The position numbers and the translations under genes were made by a program. From Octopus sinensis (taxonomy: Eukaryota), in assembly GCF_006345805.1 (NCBI RefSeq), contig NC_043009.1, positions 44,392,001-44,456,000 on the forward strand: a stretch of DNA of 64,000 nucleotides. Reading direction: 5' to 3'. Shown here one piece after another: positions 1-11,845 of the stretch; position 1 is the first letter of the stretch; every line of letters begins with the position of its first letter. The notes under the pieces are model-generated. The model was given only the letters and a program-made list of their open reading frames with translations, made no database searches and was not told the DNA's origin.

Positions 1-220
1 GGCTCCCATGGCTTTTATGGGGTTTTTCCACGTGAGGCCTTTTCTTTTTTCGAAGCTTCTCCTCTATTGGGAGTTTTGTAAATTGTTGAATTTTTTTCGT
101 TGTTGTAAAGCTTGTTTACACGGACTTTTTTCTTTCGAAAAACGGACAAAACCTTTTGTAACCTTTTGTCCTGTTTTGTCCCTTTATGTTTTCCAATCAT
201 ATTTGTCAGCCCTATCACAT
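1..220 (-). pseudogene. Fragment of Tx1/L1-like LINE ORF1
   Basis: Minus-strand translation ...NNEKNSTIYKTPNRGEASKKE resembles ...NTKEKTIIYKTYNIEKQKLE of the ORF1 at 4531-5220; truncated by the window edge. Confidence 0.4.
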
Positions 221-224
221 TTCC

Positions 225-378
225 ATCTTCATGGTCTTAGTTCAAATTCTACCAACAGCAACTTTGCCTTTCACCATTTCGTGGTCAATAAAATAAGTAC
301 CAGTTGTGTACTGGCGTTGATGTAATCAATCAGACTTCTCCCTCGAAATTTCTGACCTTGTACCTATAATAGAAATGA
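225..378 (+). mobile_element. Deu/Nin-domain-like SINE, degraded partial copy
   Basis: ttcaaattc...actttgcctttcaccatttcgtggtcaataaaataagtaccag matches the better copies at 1394 and 3693. Confidence 0.7.
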
Positions 379-422
379 TTATTATTTCTTTATATTTGAA
401 TTTTAATTTTTTTGTTAATAAT

Positions 423-613
423 AGGCGTAGGAGTGGCTGTGTGATAAGTAGCTTGTTTACCAACCACATGGTTCCGGGTTCAGTCCCACTGCGTGACACT
501 TTGGGCAAGTGTCTTCTACTATAGCTTCGGGCCAACCAAAGCCTTGTGAGTGGATTTGGTAGACAGAAACTGAAAGAAGCCCGTCGTATATATGTATATA
601 TATATATATATAT
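423..613 (+). mobile_element. tRNA-derived CORE-type SINE (octopus OR2-like), 5' half
   Basis: Head aggcgtaggagtggctgtgtg...ggttcagtccc (A/B-box like), CORE-like ctttgggcaagtgtcttct, ends in (TA)n; more than 15 copies in the window. Confidence 0.85.
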
Positions 614-1393
614 CGGGTGTGGAAGCAAGGGTTAGAATCAAAGGGCCTTAGAGTAAATGTAGCAAAGACCAAAGTTATAGTAAGCAGAAAGGCGAATTCA
701 GCACACACACCCTCGGGCAGGTGGCCCTGCTCGATCTGTAGGAAAGGTGTAGGTAGAAACTCCATAAGATGCACCCAATGTAAGCTATGGACGCACAAGA
801 GGTGCAGCAACATTAAAGGGAAATTAACAGATAAGATAGCTTTCATGTGCGGCAGATGCACAGGGACACCACAGACACTCAGAAAACAGATTCCATCACA
901 CTCCAGGGAGAGAAACTAGAAGTAGTTGATTGTTTCTGCTACCTGGGTGACCAAGTTAGTAGTGGAGGTGGATGCACAGAGAGTATCACCACTAGAATAC
1001 GAATAGCCTGGGCAAAGTTCAGAAAGCTCCTACCCCTACTGGCGACAAAGGGTCTCTCCCTCAGAGCGAAAGGTAGATTGTATGATGCATGTGTGTGAAC
1101 TGCCATGCTTCACGGTAGTGAAACATGGGCTGTGACTGCAGAGGACATGCGTAGACTTGAAAGAAATGAAGCTAGCATGATCCGCTGGATGTGTAATGTC
1201 AGTGTGCACGCACGACAGAGTGTAAGCACCCTGAGAGAAATGCTGGATATAAGAAGCATCAGATGTGGTGTGCAAGAGCGACGCTTGCGATGGTATGGTC
1301 ATGTGCTGCGGATGGATAAGGAGAGATGTGTGAAGAAGTGCCACTCCCAAACAGTTGAAGGTATCAGGGGGAGAGGTAGACCCAGGAAGACAC
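614..1393 (+). pseudogene. RTE-clade LINE reverse transcriptase C-terminal fragment with inserted PHD-like Cys/His finger
   Basis: GLRVNVAKTKVI...CSIC..CTQC..THKRC..CGRC...FCYLGDQ...RIRIAWAKF...MLHGSETW...RRLRWYGHVLRM...GRGRPRKT; one frameshift near 870 and a CGA>TGA stop at 1096-1098. Confidence 0.9.
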
Positions 1394-1624
1394 GGCGAGC
1401 TGGCAGAAACGTTAGTGCGCCAGGCGAAATGCTTAGCGGTATTTCGTCTGCTGTTACGTTCTGAGTTCAAATTCCGCCGAGGTCGACTTTGCCTTTCATC
1501 CTTTCGGGGTCGATTAAATAAGTACAGTTACGCACTGGGGTCGATATGATTGACTTAATCCGTTTGTCTGTCCTTGTTCGTCCTCTCTGTGTTTAGCCTC
1601 TTGTGGGTAGTAAAGAAATAGGTA
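1394..1624 (+). mobile_element. Deu/Nin-domain-like SINE, near full length
   Basis: ggcgagctggcagaaacg head, gagttcaaattc B-box, gactttgcctttcatcctttcggggtcgat..aagtac core. Confidence 0.85.
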
Positions 1625-1860
1625 TCACAAGAGCCAGCCAGGCAGAAGCCTGCACCAGACTTCTGTAACTGTTTTGGCAGAACTTTTACAGCTGGATGCC
1701 CTTCCTAACACCAACCACTCAGCAGAGTGGAGTTAGTGCTTTTTACATGGCACAAGCACAGGCAAGGTCAGTTTTGGCAAGGTTTTTACAGCTGGACGCC
1801 CTTCCAAACACCAACCAATTTTAAGTGGCACCTGCACTGACGGGATCACCAAGTACTTGC
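1625..1860 (-). mobile_element. Meta-type SINE fragment, continuing into a purine-rich body (to about 2280)
   Basis: ttttacagctggatgcccttcctaacaccaacc is the reverse complement of the GGTTGG..AGGAAGGGCATCCAGC core; internally duplicated. Confidence 0.7.
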
Positions 1861-2287
1861 AAAACAAAACAAAAAAACTCTTTTGAGAGGGGAGGGGGTC
1901 ATTGAAGGAGGTGACCTTGTGTTGGGTAATGAAAAGCTATAGTGAAGTAGATAAACAGAAACAGGTGTCTTGCTGTAGAGGAGGTACAAACAGATGTGCA
2001 GCTGCAATGAAGATAGAAACAGGTGTGCTGCTGTAAAGGAAATACATGGTTACCCAGCCTGAGGGAAGTGCAGGAGAAGGAGAGAGAGTGGGAGACAGCA
2101 GGATAGAGATAGTGGAAAAGTGCCAGGCATACTCACAAGAGCTGGAGAGAAGAATATAAATGGGATAGTTGAGTAAAGGAATAGAGAGATATACATGGTG
2201 GCAAGTGCCAGGGCATACCCTTGGGGTTCGAACTCTATAATATAAGTGGCAGGATATTGTGAAGGAAGTGTGATTAAAGAGTGTGTA

Positions 2288-2612
2288 GGTGCATGGCTCA
2301 GTGGTTAGAGTGTCGAGCTTACGAGCGTGAGGTTGTGAGTTCGAATCCCAGACCGGGCTGCGTGTTGTGTTCTTGAGCAAGACACTTTATTTCACACTGC
2401 TCCAGTTCACTTAGCTGTTGAAATGAGTTGCGATGTCACAGGTGCCAAGCTGTATCGACCTTTGTCTTTCCCTTGGGTAACACTGGTGGTGTGGAGAGGG
2501 GAGGCTGGTATGCATGGGCGACTGCTGGTCTTCCATAAACAACCTTACCCGGACTTGTGCCTGGGAGGGTAACTTTCTGGGTGCAATCCCACAGTCAGGC
2601 ATGACCGAAAGA
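2288..2612 (+). mobile_element. tRNA-derived SINE of a second head type (OK-like)
   Basis: A-box tggctcagtggttag, B-box gagttcgaatccc, then gtgttcttgagcaagacactttatttcac; other copies at about 17095 (+) and 63700 (-). Confidence 0.75.
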
Positions 2613-3047
2613 GTTCTCAATAGGTGGGGAGGGAGTGGCAAAAACCTGGGTATATATAGAGTCAAGGGGGCTACTGGATAACAATGATCAGAGGGGCTAG
2701 CAAATAGCAGTGATACATTGAGACAGTGCGTGAGTGGAACACACAGGTCAGAAGCTAGCAGAGAGCAATCATATAGTTGCACAGGGCCAAGAGGACAGGA
2801 TTGGGGAGTGGGAGGTGAGCTTAGTGCAAGAAGTGGAGATGTGAGGAAGAGAAGAGATGTAGTTTGGTTTGTTGTGGTAGAATGTGTGAGAAGTTTTCTT
2901 GATAAGTGCAAGTAGGACTTAGAGCACTTCTAAAACTCAGTTTTGCTGAAGTGCGATTAAAGAGTGTGGAGGAGGGGAGTGAGTGGCAAAACCTGGGTAT
3001 ATATAGCGTTGGGGGGTGGGGGCTACCGGATAGCAATGATCAGGGAT

Positions 3048-3419
3048 CCAGTTCCACTGCATGGCACGTTGAGCAAGTGTCTCCTACTATAGCTTTGGGC
3101 CAACCAAAGCCTTATGAGTGGATTTGGTAGACAGAAACTGAAAGAAGCCTGTGATATATATGTGTGTGTGTGTGTATCTATGTGTGTGTGTGTATCTATG
3201 TGTGTGTGTGTCTTTGTGCCTGTGTTTGTTCCTCACCACCGCTTGACAACCATTGTTGGTGTGTTTATGTCCCTGTATCTTAGTGGTTCAGCAAGAGAGA
3301 TTGATAGAATAAGTACCAGGCTTTAGAAAATAAGTTTTGGTGCCAATTTGTTCAATTAAAAGCATTGAAGGCGGTGCCAAAGCATGACTGCAGTCAAATA
3401 GCTGAAACAAATAAAAGGA

Positions 3420-3420
<1 letters not shown>
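3048..3420 (+). mobile_element. CORE-type (OR2-like) SINE, 5'-truncated
   Basis: Matches the family from the B-box through the internal (TG)n to the ...cagtcaaatagctgaaacaaataaaag tail. Confidence 0.8.
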
Positions 3421-3454
<34 letters not shown>

Positions 3455-3501
3455 CAACAAGAATAAGAATGGAGAAAAATCACATCTTCAATTGGTGACA
3501 A

Positions 3502-3901
3502 TAGGCGCAGGCATGGTTGTGTGGTAAGAAGCTTGCTTCCCAACCACAAGGTTCCAGATTCAGTTTCACTGCATGGGACCTTGGGCAAGTGTCTTCTACT
3601 ATAGCCTCAGACCAACCAAAGCCTTGTGAGTGGATTTGGTTGAGGAAAACTGAAAGAAGCCTGTCATATATATATATATATATATATATATAAGGCGAGC
3701 TGGCAGAAACGTTAGCATGCCAGGTGAAGTGCGTAGCCATATTTCGTCTGTCGTTACATGCTTAGTTCAAATTCCGCCGAGGTTGACTTTGCCTTTCATC
3801 CTTTCGGGGTCAATAAATTAAGTAGCAGTTATGCACTGGGGTCGATGTAATCGACTTAATCCATTTGACTGTCCTTGTTTAGCACCTTGTGAGTAGTAAA
3901 G

Positions 3902-3905
<4 letters not shown>
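3502..3905 (+). mobile_element. Composite: CORE-type SINE 5' half + (TA)n + Deu/Nin-type SINE
   Basis: OR2-like head 3502-3665, (TA)n, then aggcgagctggcagaaacg... Deu/Nin copy 3693-3905. Confidence 0.8.
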
Positions 3906-3957
<52 letters not shown>

Positions 3958-4199
3958 GACAGGCTACATACATACAACAGAATATATATGACAGAATACA
4001 TACATACAAATGTACACACATACATACATATGCGCGCACACACATACATACATACATATATACATGCGTATGCACACTCACACAGACTCACACACACGTG
4101 CACAAAAAAAAAGAATGCAGTGTGAATAATGGACAGATTCAACAACTATCAAAAAGGTTGCAAGATGCAATGAAAATTTTAGAAAAATAAAGAGGGAAA

Positions 4200-5335
4200 T
4201 GAGTGGAAATTTTACTGGTGAGTGTGTTAAATTATATGGCACTAAAAGAGAATGCACGTTTTACGATTTACACTGAAAACTTTGTTTGTTTGAAATCTGT
4301 TGCCTGTTTGCAGGATTTGTTATTTGTTTATTGTGGTTTCCCCGTAAGGGAAATGTTAAACATTTTTCTTGTGATAAACATTGTGAAACTGTTATCCTCT
4401 CCCAAGGGAGAAGGATTTGTAAATTGTGTATTATTATGAACTGCTTTTGGTGAGTTTGAACTGTGTTCTGTATTGGAACAATTTTTGAATATTTATATTT
4501 TTGAATATTTTTGGAAAAAATATTATTAATATGTCTTCAATTGAAGAAAGAAAAAAAAGAATTTTGCTGCCATTGTGGGTGGAATGGAGAACATTGTTTT
4601 AAAAAGAGAGGATATTCAAGCTTATTTTGGTAGGATTTCCGAAGATAATGGAGAGAGTAGGATCACTCCCCCAAATGAGATAATTACTAACACAAAGGAA
4701 AAGACTATAATATACAAAACTTACAACATAGAAAAACAGAAATTGGAACATTTGGAAGAAGGTACAGTTGAGAAGTGCCTTGGGCCAGTAATTAACCAGA
4801 TTAAATATCTAGCCCGAGGCACAAAATTTGCAACTATTGAAGCAAGGTTCAAGTCAGCAGAGAAGGCATGAGAGTTTTCGACTCAAAACTTGCAAAATGG
4901 AAACATTATGTTGTTGCCTCTATATCTGGGACTTAGAACATCCTGGATAAAGATAAAAAAATATCCCCCCAGAGATAGAGGACACATGGATTGTGGCCAC
5001 TCTCTTATTTGAGAGGGAAGACAAGATAAATATAATCCAGATTTCCAGAGACACACCACAAAACTGGCCGGGTCAAACTCTGGAAATTCTGGCACAGGCC
5101 ACAACAACCAATCTAGAAAACCTCCTCAAGATAATTCACATCAGGGAGGAAACCATTTTTGCAGTGTGTGTAGAGGAGAGATGACCCAGGTGTTTCAAGT
5201 GTGGAAAAAGGGACCCCTGAGGTCTTAGTGACCCCTTTTGAAAAAAGATAACAAAGAAGAAAAAGTCCCCAAAGAGGAGGAGAGAAAAGAAGAGGTGGCA
5301 CCCCCAATGACACACAACTGTAACTCTTTTCAACT
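4200..5335 (+). pseudogene. Tx1/L1-like LINE 5' region and decayed ORF1 (gag-like)
   Basis: ATG at 4531, then stop/frameshift-interrupted ...REDIQAYFG...IKYLARGTKFATIEARF...IKIKNIPPEIEDTWIVATLL... and a degenerate zinc knuckle PRCFKCGKRDP at 5185-5220 followed by a Lys-rich tail. Confidence 0.7.
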
Positions 5336-6174
5336 AGATGTCCTGTTGCGACTGCCGCTGCTGCTTCTGCAATCTTCGAACTGCATTCCGTCCTTTGCCG
5401 CCCTTTTACAATGAACACTTGTCTTCTACTGTGCCATTTTGGATTCCAGCATCTTCTCATGGTGATGCTTGTAGAGTTATTCTTTGCCAATTATGTAATT
5501 CACTATCATCTTAAATTGGACTCTGTACACAATGAACTTTTTGCATGTTTGTACTTTCAAAAGACTGGCTTTACATAATTTTTGCATATTTTCACTTTTC
5601 AGGACCCCTTTTTCACATTGTTCCTGTTTTTAATTTTGTTCACTCATTTTTGATTATCAAATATTTTTTGTTCAACGTTTATACATACGTACACACATAC
5701 ATGTTTTCTGCTTCACTCTGACATATCAATACTGAGCGTTGAATTTTGCATTTGATCCCAAAATGTTTATTTTGTTTTGCTTTTCTTCTGCTTCAGCAGA
5801 TTTTGAACAATTATTTTTTTTCAATTGTTTTTGGCTGTTTATACACCTTTTTGTACTTTGGTACATTCTCTCTTCTGCTGTCAGTCTCTTTATGCGTATC
5901 GCACATTTGTCGTAGACAAATGTTCTCGCAGGGGAGCAACTGTAGCAGTGATTAACAGTCATTATGTGTGATATGTTTTCGTTATGGACTAGGCTTAAAT
6001 ACCCGGATATCGGTTTCACAAGTCTTATCATTTGCCACAAGGGTAATAACTGAGGGAATATTATATGGATACATTACAAGAAGAGTCAAGGTTTATGTAG
6101 AAATCAAAAAAAAGAAATGGCAAAGAAAAATAGAATGAAAATGGAAGTCTGAATGGAACAGTAAGAGATATACA

Positions 6175-6520
6175 GTGGGCAATGCAACCACCCTGCCCTC
6201 TCTCATTCAGTGCCTATGCTTTACGAACTCATTAGCTTATTGTGAACAGCTGCTGTCATTTAAAAGACAGATCCGGCTATCAGTTGAATTTGTTATGAAA
6301 ATTGACCAGCTGCTTTCTTTTGACAAGGAAGGGCAGCTCATCTTTCTTTGCTTGGTGGATATGATGAAGGAAGTTGTTTGGTGATCAAAGTTAGAAGGTT
6401 TGAAGATAAAGATTTTTTTCTTTCTGGCCAAGTTTTCATCAACTTCTTTAAGTGGCACTTGAAGAGGAAGCTGAGGGTAAGGAAGGAAGTGCTGCTTTCT
6501 TGTGTGTTGTTAGTTTATGT
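6175..6520 (+). pseudogene. Tx1/L1-like LINE ORF2 C-terminal fragment
   Basis: ...LAYCEQLLS...IRLSVEFVMKID...IFLCLVDMMKEVVW*...FINFFKWHLKRKLRV resembles L1/Tx1 ORF2 C-termini (recalled similarity). Confidence 0.55.
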
Positions 6521-6999
6521 GTGTGTTATTGTTTAGTTCTAAGGACTGTTCTAAGGCCCTATTCTAAGATGAACCACCTGACCAGAGGAACATGTTCCTT
6601 CTGTAAGAGGTGAAAGCATATATGCTCCAGAATCTGGTTAGATTTTCCCTGGGACAAGACACAATAGTCAGGTAGTGCAACCTCACAAAAATGGTGTAAA
6701 TGTCATTCCCTTAACATGTGATCTTTCAAGAACAGCTTCTTCTCAAATGAAATTTCGGTCACACTGGCTCCCCTATTCACAACTTCTTTCCAGTTTTTAT
6801 CCAGCTGGTAATCTTGCCTGAATGACATCTGTACCTTGATTTAGCAACAGAAGTTGCCATCCTACATTGCCCTGTTTCTCTAGATACCAGTTTTTAAACC
6901 CATCATGTTTCCAGTTAATGCATGCTCTCATTCCTTCTGGTTACTTCTCAAGAATGGTACTAATGATCATGATTTCCAATATATGCAACACCATGATGG

Positions 7000-7200
7000 T
7001 GGCAAGCTGGCAGAATCGTTAGCATATCAGGCAAAATGCTTGGTAGCATTTTGTCTGCTTTTACATCCTGAGTTCAAATTCCACTGAGGTTAATGTTTTC
7101 TTTCATCCTTTTGGGGTAGATAAAACAGGTATTAGTTGAACACTGGGGACAGATTTCCCTCACCCCACCCCCTTGTGACAAAATTTGAAACCAGTATATG
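7000..7200 (+). mobile_element. Deu/Nin-type SINE, degraded
   Basis: ggcaagctggcagaatcgttagc...gagttcaaattcc...ctttcatccttttggggtagataaaac. Confidence 0.7.
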
Positions 7201-7599
7201 CAATACCATGATGGTATTGTATACTTATGCAGAATTGGTTTTCCTGTGTCCTTCTTTAAGTGTGATGCACCTCAATTTCTTTGACCTCTGCTACAAAGGC
7301 TCCAAAACATTAGAAGAGACCAGTGGAGTGGTATCCTTCTCAAACCAAGCATGGTTCTATTTCATGGTTGTTTAGGTTAACCACAGAAGAGATACTGCTG
7401 TACATTGTTGCAATTCAGCTTCTGAAGATGGGACTAAAACCAACTATATTTAGGGCAGTCAGCAACTAGCAACAATCAATCCTGTCATATGTTTTAATAT
7501 CTAAGCACAAAACCTAAAATCTGAAGGAAAAGTGTTATCAATTTTATTGACCTCCGCCAACTCCCACCAGTATTTGACTGGGGTAGAGGAGGAGGTCGG

Positions 7600-7950
7600 C
7601 ATCAGATATGATGCAACCACTAAACACACAGACATTCTTGATTACATCCACAGAAAAGTCAATTAAAGGGCATAAAGCCATTCACAAACATACTTCAGTG
7701 TCTGGTCCAAAGATGTGTTGTCTCTACCTTTTTAACTACTATGACATTGGCCTCTATTCCTCAGGGTACATCCATCAAGGAATTTTTATCTCCTTTGTCT
7801 TTCTGAGGCCACATACCAAAGAATACACACAGTTCTTCTTCCTCCCCAGAATGTCAACACTCTGGAGTTTTCTCCACGCACACATCCTTCCTGTTATTAT
7901 CGGCTTATAACAATTTAAACAGGACAAGAGTGATATCAACCTAACTATTC
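7600..7950 (+). pseudogene. CR1/L2-like LINE ORF2 3' end, heavily decayed
   Basis: HTKEYTQFFFLPRMSTLWSFLHAHILP...QFK resembles the ...SFFPRTS.LWNSLP...FK terminus of CR1-group LINEs. Confidence 0.45.
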
Positions 7951-8176
7951 TCAGAGACCTTGCAATGACCTTGGTCACTACTCTTCCTCCAGACTTTTAT
8001 TTTATCAAACCCAAAATGATGAAAAGCAACAATGGCTTCAATGAGAATTGAACTCAGAACACTAAGGGATATAACTAAATACAGCAAGTTATTTAGATGG
8101 CAGGCACTCCAGTGTTTCAGCTGCTTCAGACATTCATGGTTTTTAACTGTGAATGATGACATACTGGTGGAGAGGG

Positions 8177-8590
8177 CAGTTGAGTAAACTGACCCTAATA
8201 TTCAACCAGTAGGACAGTCAAATAAAGTGACCTCAGCACTTGACCAGGAGAGCAGTTAAATAAAGTGACCCCTGTATTTGTCTAGCAGGGAAGTCAAATA
8301 AAATGACCCAAGCACTTGACCAAGAGGGCAGTTAAATAAAGTGACCCAAGCACTTGACCAGTAGGGCAATGAAATAAAGTGACCCGTGTACTTGACCAAT
8401 AGGGCAATGAAATAAAGTGACCTTTGTACTTGACCAGTAGGGCAATTAAATAAAGTGACCCTTGTACTTGACCAGTAGGGCAGTGAAATAAAGTGACCCC
8501 TGCACTTGACCAGTAGGGCAGTGAAATAAAGTGAACCCAGTACTTGACCAAGTAGGGTCGTCAAATAAAGTGACCCCTGCACTTGACTAG
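8177..8590. repeat. 38-bp minisatellite, about 10-11 copies
   Basis: Unit cagtagggcagtgaaataaagtgacccctgcacttgac repeated head-to-tail with point variants and no spacers. Confidence 0.95.
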
Positions 8591-9429
8591 TACTTTATTT
8601 TACCGATTCCTAAAAGGACAAAAGTGATAGTCAGCACTGTTAGGATTGTAGTATAGGGTGTTTTTTTTTTTATTTTTGCATCCTATGTTGCTGTTTGTTT
8701 ACCAGCCATTAAGTAGCCATCTTCAAAAAGGAGTGTCTGAAAAAAAAAAAAATAAAATAAAAAACAAAACAATTTTTGTTTCTCGATATTTAAACATTTC
8801 TTTTTAATGTCATCAAGGACAGTATATTAATATCCATAATATTAATAACTCCACACCACCACCACCATCATCATCATTGCTACCACCATCTCTATCACAT
8901 ACTTTGCATCCTCCTTCATTGTTTTTGTTATCTTTGTCAGTTCCCCCATCACCAACCACTACCACCACTTGAAAAACTAAACAACAATAACAACTGCAAC
9001 ACCAATGCCAACAACATCAACAACAACAACACCTCTGCTACCATCACAATCATCATCAGCACCATAACTGCCACTGCTGTTATTTATCAGTTCTACTCGT
9101 CAACATTACTAGAGGAAGCCTCTCTCTCTACATATGTATATGGCTGCTTGGCATGCAAGACATAGCAAACAAATCTCCTTCGAATCACACCTTACTATCT
9201 AAAAAACAAAAAGTGACACATTCGACAATGTCATAGATATAGAAACCGATATGTTGGTTAAGGCAGAAAAGCCTTCAACCATAGGTCTAACCCAGGTTTA
9301 AGCAACAACAGCAACAGATTTCTGTTAGAATTTCTGGCCAAGGTTAATCCCTTTACCATATTTCTGGTGAAATCCACTGCCTTTGTTTTGGTTAATTCTG
9401 AAAATGAAGAACTTAGTAAAATAACTTTG

Positions 9430-9806
9430 CCAGGTGTGGCTGAATGGTAAGAATGCTTGCCTCCCAACCACATGGTTCCAGGTTCAGTCCCATTGTACGG
9501 CACCTTGGGCCAGTGTCTTCTACTATGGCCTCAGGCTGACCAAAGCACTGTGAGTGGATTTGCTAAACAAAAACCAAGAGAAGCTTGTTGTGTGTGTGTG
9601 TCTTTGTGTCTGTGTTTATCCCACTATCACTGCTTGTCAACCACTGTTGGTGTGTTTATGCCTTCATAACTTAGAGATTTGGCAAAAGAGACCAATAAAA
9701 TAAGTATTGGGGCTTAAAAATAAGCCCCAGGGGTCGATTTGTTCAATTAAAACCCTTCAGAGTAGTGCTCCAGTGTAAAATGATTGAAACAAGTAAAAGA
9801 ATAAGA

Positions 9807-9810
<4 letters not shown>
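9430..9810 (+). mobile_element. CORE-type (OR2-like) SINE, interrupting a piggyBac-type MITE fragment (9340-9428)
   Basis: Family match; preceded by ttaatccctttaccatatttctggtgaaatccactgcc..., which resembles the start of the MITE at 12343. Confidence 0.75.
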
Positions 9811-9853
<43 letters not shown>

Positions 9854-9879
9854 ATATATATATACATACACACACATAT

Positions 9880-10085
9880 ATATAAAGTTAATCCAAACAA
9901 GAAAACACAGAAAAACACAACAACGCAAGGACGTAGAACAAATAAAGTATTATTGGATGCTCAGGAAAGAAGGGAAGAAGGAGGGTTTAACGTTTTTCGA
10001 GCGGAGCTCTTCGTCGGAAACATAGAAGGAAAGATCCCGAGAAGGGAAGACAGAGGAAAAAAATCGCCAGCGGTACTCACAAGGT
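9880..10085 (-). mobile_element. Penelope-like pseudo-LTR carrying a hammerhead-like motif (9985-10021)
   Basis: Minus strand GTTT-CCGACGA-A-GAGC-TCC-GCTC-GAAAA-ACGT-T-AAAC; lies 3' of the GIY-YIG ORF on the same strand. Confidence 0.7.
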
Positions 10086-10088
10086 CAC

Positions 10089-10131
<43 letters not shown>

Positions 10132-10377
10132 ATCATAAATCAGAAAAAGAGCATACCCTATAAAATATAGAGCATTCTGTATGTGTAAAGTAACAGTTTC
10201 AGTAAAAATACCATTGGTTTCATATCTAGCGTGAATTAGACATATCTTCAGTTTCTCTAAATGATAACTGTTCTCTGCAAAGAATGTTTTTTAAAACCAC
10301 AAGAACGCCAGTGATAGTTGAAGAAATATTCCTCTGAAAAATTATGGCCAAACGAGTTGTCCTCCTTTGCTTGATAG

Positions 10378-10930
10378 CTAGGTTTTCCAATTTTGAAGTA
10401 AAAATTTCCGAAAAGGTGGACAACTCCCTACAGCTTCTGTCCTGGAATTCAGGTATCCTCTTGGCTCATGTGAGTTCATAAGGATTATATATCTTTCTGC
10501 CATACACAATTTACATAGTCTTGTTCCATTGGGATAGGGTTCACAAGTTTCTAGTAATTTCCACCAAATGCTAATGGGTGTATGATTGTCCTTTAGGTGC
10601 CATACGTATGCTGCAAATGTTGTGTTGCATCTCTCTGAAAGAAGATCGGGGGTTGTTCAGGCAAATTTTAAATTTGGATTCACAAGATCCGACATAAAAT
10701 TTTAGTTTGTGTCCCTGTATTGGCATTGATGTTACTAATATTTGTACTGCTCCTTTTTGAGGCTACCTCTGCTTGATACACTGTAGCCTTGGTGTTACAT
10801 TGGCCCTCCACTGGGCATTCATTTCTAATCCTGCATGAACAACCTGCCTCTGTCCATGGTTTAGGAGTGCTAAATAAGTTTTCCTTTAAATTATGTCTGT
10901 TAAAGATCTTACTATATTTGTGTGATCTCG
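10378..10930 (-). pseudogene. Penelope-like element ORF C-terminus (GIY-YIG endonuclease), decayed
   Basis: HKYSKIFNRHNLK...CSCRIRNECPVEGQCNTKATVYQAEV...AYVWHLKDNHTPISIWWKLLETCEPYPNGTRLCKLCMAE...LNSRTEAVGSCPPFRKFLLQNWKT*. Confidence 0.85.
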
Positions 10931-11559
10931 TTTACATTTGACATCTCAGATATGAAATGTTGTAACAAAATCAGTGCTGGCTATAATAACCTATAGAAAA
11001 TCTGTACAGATAACCTTAACAAGTAATGTAATAGCACTGCTAACACAGTAGAACATGGTATTGGCTTATAAAAACATTTAATATACTTTGTAGTATGTTA
11101 TGGTTGCATAACAAAATATCATGTTCCTACAAGTCATTAATGAATGTGTGTGTATCCATGTATATATTGTATAGCGATCTGTATTAAATGTCCTTTTGAA
11201 CGAACAGCTATCTTCTTACCAACAAGGCAAATATGTTAACCTATTGTGATTTATTATAAATGAATAAATAAATAAAAGATAAGATGAAACAAGTGAGAAC
11301 TTAACACTACCCAAATATAGAAATAACATTTGATTAACTGTGTCTCTACTACTACAACCACCACACCACTACCACCACCACCACCACTACCACCACTACC
11401 ACCACCACCACTACTACTGCTACCACCATAGCAGTGGCAACAGCTACAACAACAACAAAAAGGGATATTTTGACATGACACGGTTTATATGTAACAAGAT
11501 AATGCAATACTCTCAACAACCACAGTTGATATTTTGTTACTGGCACCCATGTTGGTGCC

Positions 11560-11845
11560 ATCTAGAAGCACTCATGATGCTGCTGTGTAGAAGCACCCAG
11601 GCTGGTGCCATGTAAAAAGCACCTGTGCTGGTGCCATATAAAAGGGACCTGTGCTGATGCTGTGTAGAAGTACCTGTGCTGCTGTCATGTAAAAAGCACC
11701 CAGTATACTCTGTAAAGTGGTTGGCATTGGAAAGGGCATCTAGCTGTAGAAACCATGCCAAAACAGGCAACTAGAGCCTGGCCAGCTCTTGTCAAACTGT
11801 CCAACCCATGCCAGCATGGAAAACGGATGTTAAAGGATGATGCTA
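11560..11845 (+). mobile_element. Meta-type SINE with RTE-like 3' tail
   Basis: Repeated gtgccatgtaaaaagcacc modules, ggttggcattggaaagggcatctagctgtagaaacc core, tail aacccatgccagcatggaaaacggatgttaaaggatgatg. Confidence 0.8.

Noticed and set aside
2288-2360. tRNA-like sequences at SINE heads (also 423, 16332, 47070, 63830)
   Set aside because: A/B boxes are present but there is no complete cloverleaf or acceptor stem, and they run into SINE bodies.
5338-5520. Cys-rich short frame MSCCDCRCCFCN... after the LINE ORF1
   Set aside because: It arises from a (GCT/GCC)-like low-complexity run; no metallothionein or toxin spacing, and no frame gave a recognisable protein.
8177-8590. CRISPR-like periodicity (38 bp)
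   Set aside because: Units are contiguous with no unique spacers, there are no cas genes, and the context is eukaryotic.
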